A program made the translations under genes and the position numbers. A stretch of DNA of 64,000 nt from the NCBI GenBank assembly GCA_011773985.1, contig WVWN01000078.1:39151-103150 (forward strand), read 5' to 3'. This document shows positions 44,460 to 53,554 of this stretch, in pieces. The DNA is from Candidatus Zixiibacteriota bacterium (GTDB lineage Bacteria; RBG-13-66-14; B26-G2; WVWN01). The notes under the pieces are model-generated. The model saw only the letters and a program-made list of their open reading frames with translations, searched no databases and had not been told where the DNA came from. Position 1 is the first letter of the stretch, and each line of letters opens with the position of its first letter.

Positions 44460-46379
44460 TCAGCGCACAAGGACTACGGTCCTCGTTGACGGGGGGGCGG
44501 TTTTGCCGACGCGAAGGCACGCGACGTATACGCCGCTCGCTACCGGCGCGCCCCCGGCGTCGGTTCCGTCCCACTCCGCGACGTATTTTCCGGGCGTTTT
44601 GGCCTCGTTGACGAGGTAGCGGATTAGTTTGCCCGATATATCGTAAACGGCGATCGAGGTCGCGGGCGCGTCGCCGTTAACGGGCGCCACTTCGTACGCG
44701 ATATTGACTTGGGTTACGAACGGGTTGGGGTAGCACCGGGTTATGGCACTCCTGGGTTTGGCCGCGCCGCCCACAGCCCGGACCGCTTTCGGGCCGTAGG
44801 TCCGGACGCGCCCCGAGGAAAGGCGCTCCTCGAGTTTGTAATAGTAGATCGTGCCGTCGTTTACCTTATCGTCGCGGTAGCTGTAGGAGGCCGTCGGTTG
44901 TTCTTCGACGTACGCTATTTCGTAATAGATGGTACTTCCGCTCACGTGATCCCTTATTCCTTTAAAGATAGCCCAGCCCGATCGCTCCGGGGTAGGTTCG
45001 GCTTTCCACCGGATAATAATGGCGCCGCCCTGTACGGCCAGGGTGAAAGGTTGGCGGTCGGCGGCCGGCGCCAGGTATTTACCCGTACGCCAGTGGTTGC
45101 CGCCGAACATGGGCCAGGGGTTGGCGGACGGCTCGTACGCCGCCTCGGTGCGGATCGCCTCGAGGCATCCATTTTGGGCGCCCACGACGACATCCAGGAA
45201 GCCGTCTTCGTCCACGTCCGTTGCCGCGGGCGTGGAGGTAATGCCGGTGCCCGACAGTTTGACGGGGAACCCGCCGGTCGGAGCCCCGTTTTTTTCATAG
45301 GATAAAAGCGTACCGTCGTACGTCACGAGTAATATTTCGGGGAGGCCGTCGCCGTCTGCGTCGACCATCAGGGGGGCCGCGGCTACGGTTTGCCTTAATT
45401 GTTTCGGGAAACCTGGCCTTGATATGCCATCGGCGTCGAAGACGCCGATCGTCGCCCCTTCGATATATCTGGCCCCGCCCACGAAAACCAACGCCAGTTT
45501 GCCCCGGCCGTCTACGTCGCCCACGGCCGCGGGAACGGTTATGGGTTTAGCCCCAAATGATTGCGGCCACCCCGGGCGGAAGGTGCCGTCGGCGTCGACT
45601 ACGTAAGCCAGGCCCGTGGTAGTACCCGCCAGGACCTCGGTTCGCCCGTCGCCGTCTACGTCGGCCAGTACGGGCGCCCCGGCGACCTGTCCGTCGAGCG
45701 CGACGGGCCAACCGGTGGCTTCCGCCCCCGACGTATTGAAGGCGTAAATTTTACGATCTGAGGCTACCACGACTTCCGGCTGTTGGTCGCCGTCGAGGTC
45801 GCCCACCGCGGGGAAGCCGTGTGAAGGCTCTTCGAGCGTAGCGGGCCAACCGCCGATGGCCGTTCCGTTACCGTGGAAGCCGTAGAGGGCGGCGCCAGCG
45901 GTGGCGAATACTTCCAGGCCGCGGTAGTTCGTAAAGTCCTGGACCGCGACCCCGCCCGAGCCCGCGGCGCCGAGTTCCTTCGGCCACCCCGGCACGGGTA
46001 TCCCGTCGTGGCCGAAGGCGTAAAGTTTGCCGTCGCCGGAGGCGAATAGCACCTCCAATTTTCTATCGCCGTCGAGGTCCGCGAGGGCGGGCGAGGAACA
46101 CTCGCCGTGCTGTGCGCCAGTCGAGGCGGGAAAGCCCGAAAGCGGCCTCCCGTTGGCGTCGAGCAAGTAGAGTTTTCCGTCCCAAGTGGCGATCGCGATT
46201 TCGCGACGGCCGTCGCCGTCAACGTCGGCGACCGCGGGCGACGAGTCGTGGCACGGGCCGACGTTGACGGGCCAGCCCTGGATGTATTGCGGCTCGGCGG
46301 CCGTGGCGAATGGCGCGGCGACCGCCAAGCCCACCGCGCTTAAAATTGTCATATTTGTTATATGTTTAGATCTTCCCAC
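44460..46379 (-). CDS. Secreted FG-GAP/VCBS repeat protein with C-terminal FlgD-Ig (T9SS-CTD-like) domain
   Basis: Repeated SSPA.AD.DGDG..E and PGWP motifs; CYPNPF...IAVYDISGKLIR...WDGTD..G.PVASGVY. Confidence 0.85.
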   Translation of the reverse strand: MGRSKHITNMTILSAVGLAVAAPFATAAEPQYIQGWPVNVGPCHDSSPAVADVDGDGRREIAIATWDGKLYLLDANGRPLSGFPASTGAQHGECSSPALADLDGDRKLEVLFASGDGKLYAFGHDGIPVPGWPKELGAAGSGGVAVQDFTNYRGLEVFATAGAALYGFHGNGTAIGGWPATLEEPSHGFPAVGDLDGDQQPEVVVASDRKIYAFNTSGAEATGWPVALDGQVAGAPVLADVDGDGRTEVLAGTTTGLAYVVDADGTFRPGWPQSFGAKPITVPAAVGDVDGRGKLALVFVGGARYIEGATIGVFDADGISRPGFPKQLRQTVAAAPLMVDADGDGLPEILLVTYDGTLLSYEKNGAPTGGFPVKLSGTGITSTPAATDVDEDGFLDVVVGAQNGCLEAIRTEAAYEPSANPWPMFGGNHWRTGKYLAPAADRQPFTLAVQGGAIIIRWKAEPTPERSGWAIFKGIRDHVSGSTIYYEIAYVEEQPTASYSYRDDKVNDGTIYYYKLEERLSSGRVRTYGPKAVRAVGGAAKPRSAITRCYPNPFVTQVNIAYEVAPVNGDAPATSIAVYDISGKLIRYLVNEAKTPGKYVAEWDGTDAGGAPVASGVYVACLRVGKTAPPSTRTVVLVR

Positions 46380-46396
46380 GTATAAGCCAGATTATA

Positions 46397-47755
46397 CTAA
46401 AAGGACGCCTCGATTTCCAGCTTTAATTCGTTCGCGCGATGCTCCTCGAATTCCGTCGTGCGCAGGTCGTAGCTTGGGTCCCACAACCCCCGCGTATAAG
46501 TAATGTCTATTTTGACGCCTTCCTTCGGAGCGTAGGATAGGTGGGGGAGGGCCGCGACGCTCAAGGATTTGTTCTCCCGGACCCTGGTGACCGGGTCGTC
46601 GGGGACCCGGCGGCCGGGGTTGATGTAGCGGCCTCCTACGCCGAAGAACAGTTTTTCCGTAAAGAAAAATTCGGGCTCGCCGAAGAGGAGGAGGTAGTCG
46701 TTAGTGTCTACGTCGTCGCCGAACGTACTCTCGTAGTTGGCGCGCCACACTTCGTACAGGACGGCGCCGCGGAACCACAAGCGCGGCCCGATCAAACGTA
46801 AGCCGAAGTCGGGGTAAACCTGGAAGAGCATGCCGCCCGTAGGATTTCGCAAGCTTTCGTCGTCTGCGAACCGATGATACGCTACTACGCCGTAGAAGTC
46901 CATAATCGAGAATTCCCGGGAGGTTTCTACGCCCGCGTGTATCGAATCCCCAAGGTTGCCCAAAGTGCCTCGCGGTTCCGGCGCGAGCGTCTTCTCGCGC
47001 CAATATAAATTTCGCCAGAACTTGGGAAGCGCCGGCGCGTAGTGCGTATCCCACAACGATTTCAGGTCGTACTTCATCCCTTCCGACGCGAAGAATAACC
47101 CGAAACCGCCGGCCCGGCAGCTCGCCGCGGCTATGGCCTGGTGCTCGAGGCCGGCGCCAACGTCGAGCGAAGCGGTAACCGACCCGAATTCGCGGCCGGC
47201 GCGTATGCCGAAGGGGTCGAGGTAGGCCACGAAAGAAACCGGGTCGATGCGGTTGACGAGATTGTTGTAGTACCCGCCGTGGCCGTAGCGGATGTCGAAG
47301 CCGCCGAGCGTGACGTCGGTACCGCGCCAGAGGTCCTTCAATTCGACGTTCACTTGCTCGAGGGAGCCGTAGACATATTTGGTTTCCGCGTGTTCGGCTA
47401 GGTGATATACGCCTGCCTCGCTCTCAAAGAGCGCGTAGCGATAGAACTTCGACTGTTTTCGGTCGTCGAAGGTGAAGAGGAGGTTCGCGGCCACGTTGTC
47501 GTCGAAGGTCGCGCGTATGCCTACGTCGGCCTCGAGACGGAAGTCGTAAACGGGGTCGCCATCCCTAACGATAGTACTCGAGGGACTCTCGGTCGGAGGG
47601 GGCTCCGGCGTCAACTCCGGCCCTACGGAACCGTCTCCGAAGTCGTCCGTGATTGCGCCGTAGATGCGGCCGTATACGTCGACGTCTGCGGCGGAACCGG
47701 CCGTTGCGGCCGCGAGGATCAAAACCGCGGTGGTTGCGCTTCGAGCGTCCATCAT
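46397..47755 (-). CDS. Putative outer-membrane beta-barrel protein
   Basis: Signal peptide, aromatic amphipathic strands, C-terminal LKLEIEASF. Confidence 0.6.
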   Translation of the reverse strand: MMDARSATTAVLILAAATAGSAADVDVYGRIYGAITDDFGDGSVGPELTPEPPPTESPSSTIVRDGDPVYDFRLEADVGIRATFDDNVAANLLFTFDDRKQSKFYRYALFESEAGVYHLAEHAETKYVYGSLEQVNVELKDLWRGTDVTLGGFDIRYGHGGYYNNLVNRIDPVSFVAYLDPFGIRAGREFGSVTASLDVGAGLEHQAIAAASCRAGGFGLFFASEGMKYDLKSLWDTHYAPALPKFWRNLYWREKTLAPEPRGTLGNLGDSIHAGVETSREFSIMDFYGVVAYHRFADDESLRNPTGGMLFQVYPDFGLRLIGPRLWFRGAVLYEVWRANYESTFGDDVDTNDYLLLFGEPEFFFTEKLFFGVGGRYINPGRRVPDDPVTRVRENKSLSVAALPHLSYAPKEGVKIDITYTRGLWDPSYDLRTTEFEEHRANELKLEIEASF

Positions 47756-47766
47756 ACGTTACTCCT

Positions 47767-48312
47767 TTATGATTTTTCCTGGAACGATTCCAATGCGCTG
47801 CGGAAACTTTCGAAAGCATCGTCGTCGTACAATACGAAAACGACGCGTTTGAGCCGTGCCTTTTCGCGCTCGCTAAGGTGCTCGAGCGTCGCCCGAAGCA
47901 TAGCTTCGGCCGCCACGCCGTAGGGTACCCGGCCAACGCCGGTCCCCAGCGCCGGAAATGCGATGGATTTCAGGCCGACGGACTCGGCGTTCGCCAGCGC
48001 GGCCTTCGTCGCCCGCCCTATAACCCCGGCGTCGGTCTTGCGGTCTTCTGCCATTACGGCGGCGTGGATGACGAACTTTGCCGGCAATAGGCCCGCCCGG
48101 GTGCGCGCAACTTTCCCCAGGCCGACGGGCGCTTTCTCGAGCGCCTCGCGCTGAACCGTCGTTCCGGCTCGCTTTGCTATGGCCCCGGCGACGCCCGCGC
48201 CCATAACGAGCGAGGTGTTGGCGGCGTTCACGATCGCGTCGCCCTGCCAGCGGGTAATGTCACCTTTTTCGATTTCGATAATTACGTCGCCGACAAGCAG
48301 CTCGTCGCCCAT
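47767..48312 (-). CDS. Macro domain protein (ADP-ribose binding/hydrolase)
   Basis: GDIT, AIVNAAN, GAGVAGAI, VIHAA, SIAFPALGTGVG. Confidence 0.92.
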   Translation of the reverse strand: MGDELLVGDVIIEIEKGDITRWQGDAIVNAANTSLVMGAGVAGAIAKRAGTTVQREALEKAPVGLGKVARTRAGLLPAKFVIHAAVMAEDRKTDAGVIGRATKAALANAESVGLKSIAFPALGTGVGRVPYGVAAEAMLRATLEHLSEREKARLKRVVFVLYDDDAFESFRSALESFQEKS

Positions 48313-48354
48313 TGTTTTACCCCTGATTAGTCGCGCCGTTGGCGGCCACGTTAC

Positions 48355-49650
48355 TCAGAAACAGGCGGTCACGAAAGCGTACGCCTTATCGTAAATTAAG
48401 TACTGCCCCCAGTCGCGGCTATCCAGGTCGACGCCCGAGGCCATTTTAAAAGCGTAGTTCTCGCCGAATTTGTATTCCAACGAAATTGGTATGCGGTTCT
48501 GCGTTTTTTCCCGGTCCAAAGTTTCGCGGGAGCCGGTATCGAGATTAATTTTTTCGATGTTTATAAATTCGCCCATGTAGCCGGTCTCGAGGTAGAGCTC
48601 GCGCCAAGTCCGGAGGCGCCAAAGGAGGTGATAGATCAATTCCGTTTTTTCGTAAAGATAACTTTCCCGCGGCTGATAGGTAAAGTTGAAGCGCCGGGTT
48701 TGGCGGCGGCGCTCGAGGCCGCCGCGGAAGCGGTGCCGTCCCGGCCGTTGGTAGTACGCGCCGCAGCCGTGGGAGCCGAGCGTCAGGCGTCCGTCGTAAT
48801 CTTCCTCCAGGGGAACCGCGCCCAGGGGCGGTTCCGTAAGTCGCCGTGTCTCTTCCCATTCGCTGGCCGCGCCGCGGTAGTACGCCTCCAGGTTAGCGGG
48901 CAGCTTCTTGATTAACGTAGCGGCGCCGTACCGTTCCGCGTAGCGCCGCGCCCAGTTGGGCCGTTGGCCGTAAAAATAGGTGTAGTATTTCGTCGACGGC
49001 GTTCTCCAAAAACCCTCGCCCGTGACGCTGAAACCGAGGGGGAAGGACCAGGCTGCGGCCACTTCGTAGCGCCGGGGGCTTTGCGCGAACATCTCTTCGT
49101 AACCCTCGTCGTACTTGGAACGTCTGAAGGAGTAGTTGTTGTCGAAGTCGATGGCCGTGTACCCGACTTCGAGGAAACGGTCGCGGCCGTAGTCGAATTT
49201 GACGGTTGCGCCGGCGTCGCTGTAACGCTTCCAGAACGTCGGCTGCGTACGCAAGCCCAACTTGAACCAACGCCAAAGGCGAAACTCGAGCTCGAATTCA
49301 TTTAGTTGACGCTCTTCCCACAACGGCTCGAGGCCGTCGTAGCGGTCGTAGCGGTAGAGGAAGCGAAACCAGTCCGTGAAGGGCGCGGCGAACTTGACGT
49401 CTTGGCTAAGGAACCATTGCCGTACGTTAAGGCTGCCCATGGCGAGGCGGACGCCGATGTCGTTTTCGGCCCAGACGCGCTCCCAATCGCGGTCGTACGA
49501 GAGCTGGACCAAGTCCATTGCGTATTCGGCGTCGAACTCCTCTTCGGTGTCGTACGGCCCCGGTATGTATAGGCCCGCGGCGGAACCGGCGCCGCAGGTT
49601 ACGGCAAGCGCCCCCGTCACGCATTTCAAGTATTTCGGTAATTCGGGCAT
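48355..49650 (-). CDS. Putative outer-membrane beta-barrel protein
   Basis: Signal peptide, Tyr/Trp-rich alternating strands, C-terminal YAFVTACF. Confidence 0.6.
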   Translation of the reverse strand: MPELPKYLKCVTGALAVTCGAGSAAGLYIPGPYDTEEEFDAEYAMDLVQLSYDRDWERVWAENDIGVRLAMGSLNVRQWFLSQDVKFAAPFTDWFRFLYRYDRYDGLEPLWEERQLNEFELEFRLWRWFKLGLRTQPTFWKRYSDAGATVKFDYGRDRFLEVGYTAIDFDNNYSFRRSKYDEGYEEMFAQSPRRYEVAAAWSFPLGFSVTGEGFWRTPSTKYYTYFYGQRPNWARRYAERYGAATLIKKLPANLEAYYRGAASEWEETRRLTEPPLGAVPLEEDYDGRLTLGSHGCGAYYQRPGRHRFRGGLERRRQTRRFNFTYQPRESYLYEKTELIYHLLWRLRTWRELYLETGYMGEFINIEKINLDTGSRETLDREKTQNRIPISLEYKFGENYAFKMASGVDLDSRDWGQYLIYDKAYAFVTACF

Positions 49651-49683
49651 ATGCCAGAAAGCCCCCTGCTCCGGGGGCGCGTA

Positions 49684-49712
49684 ATAGTAGCCGATACCCG
49701 CGCCGCTGTCAA
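49684..49712 (-). promoter_or_regulatory. sigma70 promoter for the barrel-macro-barrel genes
   Basis: Minus strand TTGACA (49707-49712), 17 nt spacer, TACTAT (49684-49689). Confidence 0.7.
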
Positions 49713-49725
49713 CCTAAATTCTCGA

Positions 49726-50496
49726 CTATAAGCGTCCGGGCAAAACGGCGCCGTGGCCGCTTAATCTTAGGCCCAAGGCTGCGGCCGCGCACGCTATCAA
49801 CGCCGCCGGTACGGCCCAATCCCACCGCGTCGGCGGTTCCGTGCCATAAGGCGTGGGCCGGCGCGTTGCCCGATACCCCCTGAGCTCGAGCGAGGTCGCG
49901 AGCTGGTCGGCCGAGCGCAGGCTATAGAGAAAAACCGGCACGACCAGCGGCAACGCGCGCCGTGCTTGCGACAGGAAGTTCGAGCCGAACTCGAGGCCGC
50001 GGGCGCGTTGAGCCTCGAGCGCCCGGGCGCTCGTCTCGAACATCACGGGGAGAAGGCGGAAGGCCAGCGTGAGCGTGACGGTGGCGCCGGGCGGGAGACG
50101 GAACGATTGTAGCGCGCGGCCGAACTCCTCGGGCGTGGTCACGGCGAGGAACGCGAGCCCCGCGAAGAGCATCCCGACAATGCGTAAACCTACGGCCAGG
50201 CCGTACAGGACGCCGAGGTCCGTTGCGCGATAAATGGAGAATCGCGCTACAACCCGCCCTGCGTCGATGAAGGGCGGCCACATCACGACGCTTAGGAGGA
50301 CGAACGCCGCGGCGAGGGGCGCCATACGGCGAAGGGCCCTTCCCGCGCGGCAGAAGAATACCACGGCAAAGGTGACGGCTGCGGCCAAGGCGGCCACGTA
50401 CGCGGGATGGTTGAACGTCGTCAGTAACGCCAATACGACCGCGAGCAGCGTTAAACGCGCCGCGGGGTGTAGGTTTTTCAGGAGCGGTTCTTTCAT
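49726..50496 (-). CDS. ecfT: ECF transporter transmembrane T component
   Basis: LHPAARL, TTPEE, AFRLLP, AQRARG, LELRGY. Confidence 0.9.
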   Translation of the reverse strand: MKEPLLKNLHPAARLTLLAVVLALLTTFNHPAYVAALAAAVTFAVVFFCRAGRALRRMAPLAAAFVLLSVVMWPPFIDAGRVVARFSIYRATDLGVLYGLAVGLRIVGMLFAGLAFLAVTTPEEFGRALQSFRLPPGATVTLTLAFRLLPVMFETSARALEAQRARGLEFGSNFLSQARRALPLVVPVFLYSLRSADQLATSLELRGYRATRRPTPYGTEPPTRWDWAVPAALIACAAAALGLRLSGHGAVLPGRL

Positions 50497-52151
50497 GGCC
50501 GATTTTGAACGCCGTCGTTCTGCAACGCGCACGCAAGTTCTTCGCCCGTAACGGCGTCGAGGCCCAGTTCGCGCGCGAGGCGTGCGGCCAGGGGCGGCTC
50601 GAGCCCGGCGCGGGACAGGAGTTCGGCGTCGGCGAGTATACGCCGGGGCTTGCCCTCCGCGAGAACGCGGCCGCCGGCCACGACGGCGACGCGGCGCGCG
50701 TAGCGCGCGGCGACGTCCATAGCGTGGGTTATAAAAATTACCGTGGTGCCGCGACGGTTGAGCGCTACCACCGCCTCCATTAGCGAGGCGACTTCGGCCC
50801 GGTCTAGGCCGGTGGTGGGTTCGTCCATCACGAGGAGTTCGGGTTCCATCGCGAGGACCGAGGCCAGCGCGACGCGCTGGCGGTCCCCCTTGGGCATGGC
50901 GAACGGGTCCTCTTCTTCGAGGCCTATAAGGCCTACGGCGGCCATCGCCCCGGCGACGCGGCGGCCTATCTCTTCCGCGGGCAGGCCGAGCTGTCGCGGG
51001 CCGAAGGCGATTTCCTCGCGAACGGTGGCGCGAAATATCTGATGGTCCGGGTTCTGGAACAGGTAGCCGACGGTTTGCGCGCGGCGTTTCGCCGGCAGAG
51101 AGCGCGGCGCGCGTCCCCGGATGCGCACCGTGCCCGCCGAGGGCTCGAGGAGGCCCGCGACGGCCTTGGCGAACGTCGTTTTGCCGCCGCCGTTCTCGCC
51201 GACAAGCGCGATAAAGTCGCCCTCGTATATAGTGAGGTCGAAGTCGGCGAGCGCGGTTACGCCGCCAGGGTACGTAAAAGTTAGTGCGTCGGCCACGACG
51301 GTTGGCGGGCCCGGGACGGCGTATGCGGCCTCATTTTCGTACGCCCGTTTTTTTATTTTAACTGAGGGGCGCAAGCGATAATCGGAGCCGCGTCGTTCGA
51401 AGAAGTCCAAGTAGGGTAACGGCGCGACGCCCGCACGCGCGGTGAGCTCCGCGTCAGCCAGTGTTTCGTGGGGTGCGCCGTATGCGACGAGTTCGCCTTG
51501 GCCGAGCAGCGCCACTTCGTCCAGCCCGAGCGCCTGCGTGGCGTCGTTGTCGGCCGCGACCGCGGTCCGGCCACGCTCCCCGAGCTCGCCTACGATCCTT
51601 TTTAGGGCGGCTTTGCCAGCCGGGTCGAGGTCGGTCGTGGCCTCGTCGAACAATAGAAGTTGGGCGTCGGCCGCGAGCGCTGCCGCGACGGCGAGCCGTT
51701 GTTTTTGGCCGCCGGAAAGGCTCTCGACGCGCCGGCCGCGAAGGGCGTCGAGGCCGCAGGCGGCGAGCGCGCCTTCTACGCGGGCGGGTATTTCGGGCGC
51801 GGGTACGCCCAAATACCGCGGCCCGAAGGCGACTTCGTCTTCGACCGTCGTCGCAACGAGCGCGGCGTCGAAGTCCTCGAAGACGAAGGCCACCGTCCCG
51901 GCGACGTCGCGCGGTTTTAAGCCGGCGAGCGATTCGCCGAGTACGCGGACGGCGCCGCTCAGCGTACCCCTCTTTACCGCGGGCACGACTGCTGCGAGCG
52001 CCGCGAGTAGCGTGGATTTCCCGGCGCCGGAGTGGCCCAAGACGCCCAGCGTACGGCCTTCGTCGAGCACGAGGTTGAAGTGGGAAAGAGCCGGCCGGGG
52101 CCGGCCTTGATAGGTGAATGTTAAGTTGGCTACCTCGAAAGCTTCAGCCAC
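50493..52151 (-). CDS. ECF transporter fused dual ATPase
   Basis: Walker A GHSGAGKST and GENGGGKTT, LSGGQKQR, FQNPDHQIF, DEPTTGLD. Confidence 0.9.
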   Translation of the reverse strand: MAEAFEVANLTFTYQGRPRPALSHFNLVLDEGRTLGVLGHSGAGKSTLLAALAAVVPAVKRGTLSGAVRVLGESLAGLKPRDVAGTVAFVFEDFDAALVATTVEDEVAFGPRYLGVPAPEIPARVEGALAACGLDALRGRRVESLSGGQKQRLAVAAALAADAQLLLFDEATTDLDPAGKAALKRIVGELGERGRTAVAADNDATQALGLDEVALLGQGELVAYGAPHETLADAELTARAGVAPLPYLDFFERRGSDYRLRPSVKIKKRAYENEAAYAVPGPPTVVADALTFTYPGGVTALADFDLTIYEGDFIALVGENGGGKTTFAKAVAGLLEPSAGTVRIRGRAPRSLPAKRRAQTVGYLFQNPDHQIFRATVREEIAFGPRQLGLPAEEIGRRVAGAMAAVGLIGLEEEDPFAMPKGDRQRVALASVLAMEPELLVMDEPTTGLDRAEVASLMEAVVALNRRGTTVIFITHAMDVAARYARRVAVVAGGRVLAEGKPRRILADAELLSRAGLEPPLAARLARELGLDAVTGEELACALQNDGVQNRP

Positions 52152-52189
52152 GGGCGGGTGACAGTTATGGCGGACGGTTTTTCGGCCCG

Positions 52190-52648
52190 TTAGATATTTG
52201 CCGCCACCGCCTCGAGCGCGTCGGCGTATTTGGAAACAGCTTGTTCGTAGAGGTCGAGGGCTCGCGTTACTTTATCTTTGTGGGTAAATTCCGCGTCGAA
52301 GTGGGAGGCCAGCTCGAGCGCGGCCTGGGCGCCGAATTCCGCGCTGGCCATAAGGTCTTTTTGGGCGTTTATGGCCTCCGCCGGCGGCACCCGTTGCTCC
52401 AGGAAGTGATAGGCGTCGGCGAGCTCCGCGGCGCGATCTTCGCAATCGCGCGAGTAATCTTTGCCCGACGACGCTTTGGCGAACAAGTCGCCCAGCTTGT
52501 CGAGCTGTTTACCGATTCTTTTGGCCGCGCCGCCGAAGTCGGCGTAATATTGCGCGTCCGCCTCCGATATCTCGGCGGCAGCCGACGCCGCTAATACCGC
52601 GAGAGCGGCCACGGCGATGATACATTTTAATTTAAGAATAATTCCCAC
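52190..52648 (-). CDS. Secreted hypothetical helical protein
   Basis: Signal peptide ...IIAVAALAVLAASAAA; all-helical mature part. Confidence 0.6.
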   Translation of the reverse strand: MGIILKLKCIIAVAALAVLAASAAAEISEADAQYYADFGGAAKRIGKQLDKLGDLFAKASSGKDYSRDCEDRAAELADAYHFLEQRVPPAEAINAQKDLMASAEFGAQAALELASHFDAEFTHKDKVTRALDLYEQAVSKYADALEAVAANI

Positions 52649-53276
52649 CCCCCTTTTCTTCGACTTGGGTTATTGTTTGTTCCGCCTCGTTTATCTCGAG
52701 ATCTGCAAAGGTCGCGGGCGCTTTTTTCTTGAGTTCTTTCAAAATTGCGATGGCGAGCTGGCGTATCTCCCACTGGGCGGCGGCGTGCCCGCGGAGCGCG
52801 ATGATGTGGCGCCACTCGCGGAAGTTGGCGGTCACGACGACCTCGGTGGCGGTGGCGTTCGGCAGGACGAAGCGCGCGTCCTCGGGGGCGACGCCGGCCT
52901 CGAGAAGTTTGTCGTACGCTCCGCGGGCTTCTTCTAAGGCTTTGCGAAAGACGTCCAGCACTTCCGTGTTGGCCGCTATCGCCGGGGGCGTGACGTACGC
53001 GAGGCCGTCTTCCTTCACGTACCGTTGGCTACGCTGCGAGTAGGAGGCGAGGCGGTGGCGTACGAGCTGGTGGGTGAGGGCGCGCGAGACGCCCTTGACG
53101 CGGAAGGTCGCGGAGGCGTGCTCGAGGACCGAGAGGTGGCCGCGGCGTATTAGCATGCGGATGAACTTGGCCGCGGAGTCGGCGGCGGCGCGGCCGCCGG
53201 TGTCGTAGCAGGTGCGCCCCGCGGCCTCGATTAGCCGCTCGGCGTCCGGCGTGACCGTAAGTAATTCGACTTCCAG
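52632..53276 (-). CDS. thyX: FAD-dependent thymidylate synthase
   Basis: GHLSVLEH, SRALTHQLVRHRLASYSQRSQRY, EDARFVLP, AQWEIR; frame extends to CTG at 53276 behind RBS AAGGAG. Confidence 0.93.
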   Translation of the reverse strand: MEVELLTVTPDAERLIEAAGRTCYDTGGRAAADSAAKFIRMLIRRGHLSVLEHASATFRVKGVSRALTHQLVRHRLASYSQRSQRYVKEDGLAYVTPPAIAANTEVLDVFRKALEEARGAYDKLLEAGVAPEDARFVLPNATATEVVVTANFREWRHIIALRGHAAAQWEIRQLAIAILKELKKKAPATFADLEINEAEQTITQVEEKGGGNYS

Positions 53277-53286
53277 CGTTGACTCC

Positions 53287-53315
53287 TTGACAGGCGAGGG
53301 GTTTTCGCTTATAAT
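53287..53315 (+). promoter_or_regulatory. Consensus sigma70 promoter of tRNA-Ala
   Basis: TTGACA-17 nt-TATAAT exact match. Confidence 0.85.
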
Positions 53316-53331
53316 TAATTAAAAATTAATC

Positions 53332-53404
53332 GGGGCAGTAGCTCAGCTGGAAGAGCGCATCCCTCGCACGGATGAGGTCGTCGGTTCGAATCCGATCTGC
53401 TCCA
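53332..53404 (+). tRNA. tRNA-Ala (anticodon CGC), CCA not encoded
   Basis: Acceptor GGGGCAG/CTGCTCC with G3:U70, D arm GCTC/GAGC, anticodon arm CATCC-CT-CGC-AC-GGATG, GGTTCGAATCC T arm, discriminator A. Confidence 0.95.
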
Positions 53405-53407
53405 AGC

Positions 53408-53439
53408 GCCGGGCCGTAAGGTCCGGCATTTTTCTTTTT
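53408..53439 (+). terminator. Intrinsic terminator after tRNA
   Basis: GCCGGGCC-GTAA-GGTCCGGC followed by ATTTTTCTTTTT. Confidence 0.8.
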
Positions 53440-53554
53440 AAATTTTAACACTTTTTCCGGGTTCCGGCAACGGCGATTGCGCCGGGCGGTTACGGCCGAG
53501 GCGTTTGGGGTTTTTTGGAGAGGAGGCGAAGTGGCAGGCCTTACACGTCTCCTT

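Noticed and set aside
53332..53550. tRNA-anchored genomic island
   Set aside because: No integrase, and no repeat of the tRNA 3' end was seen in the window
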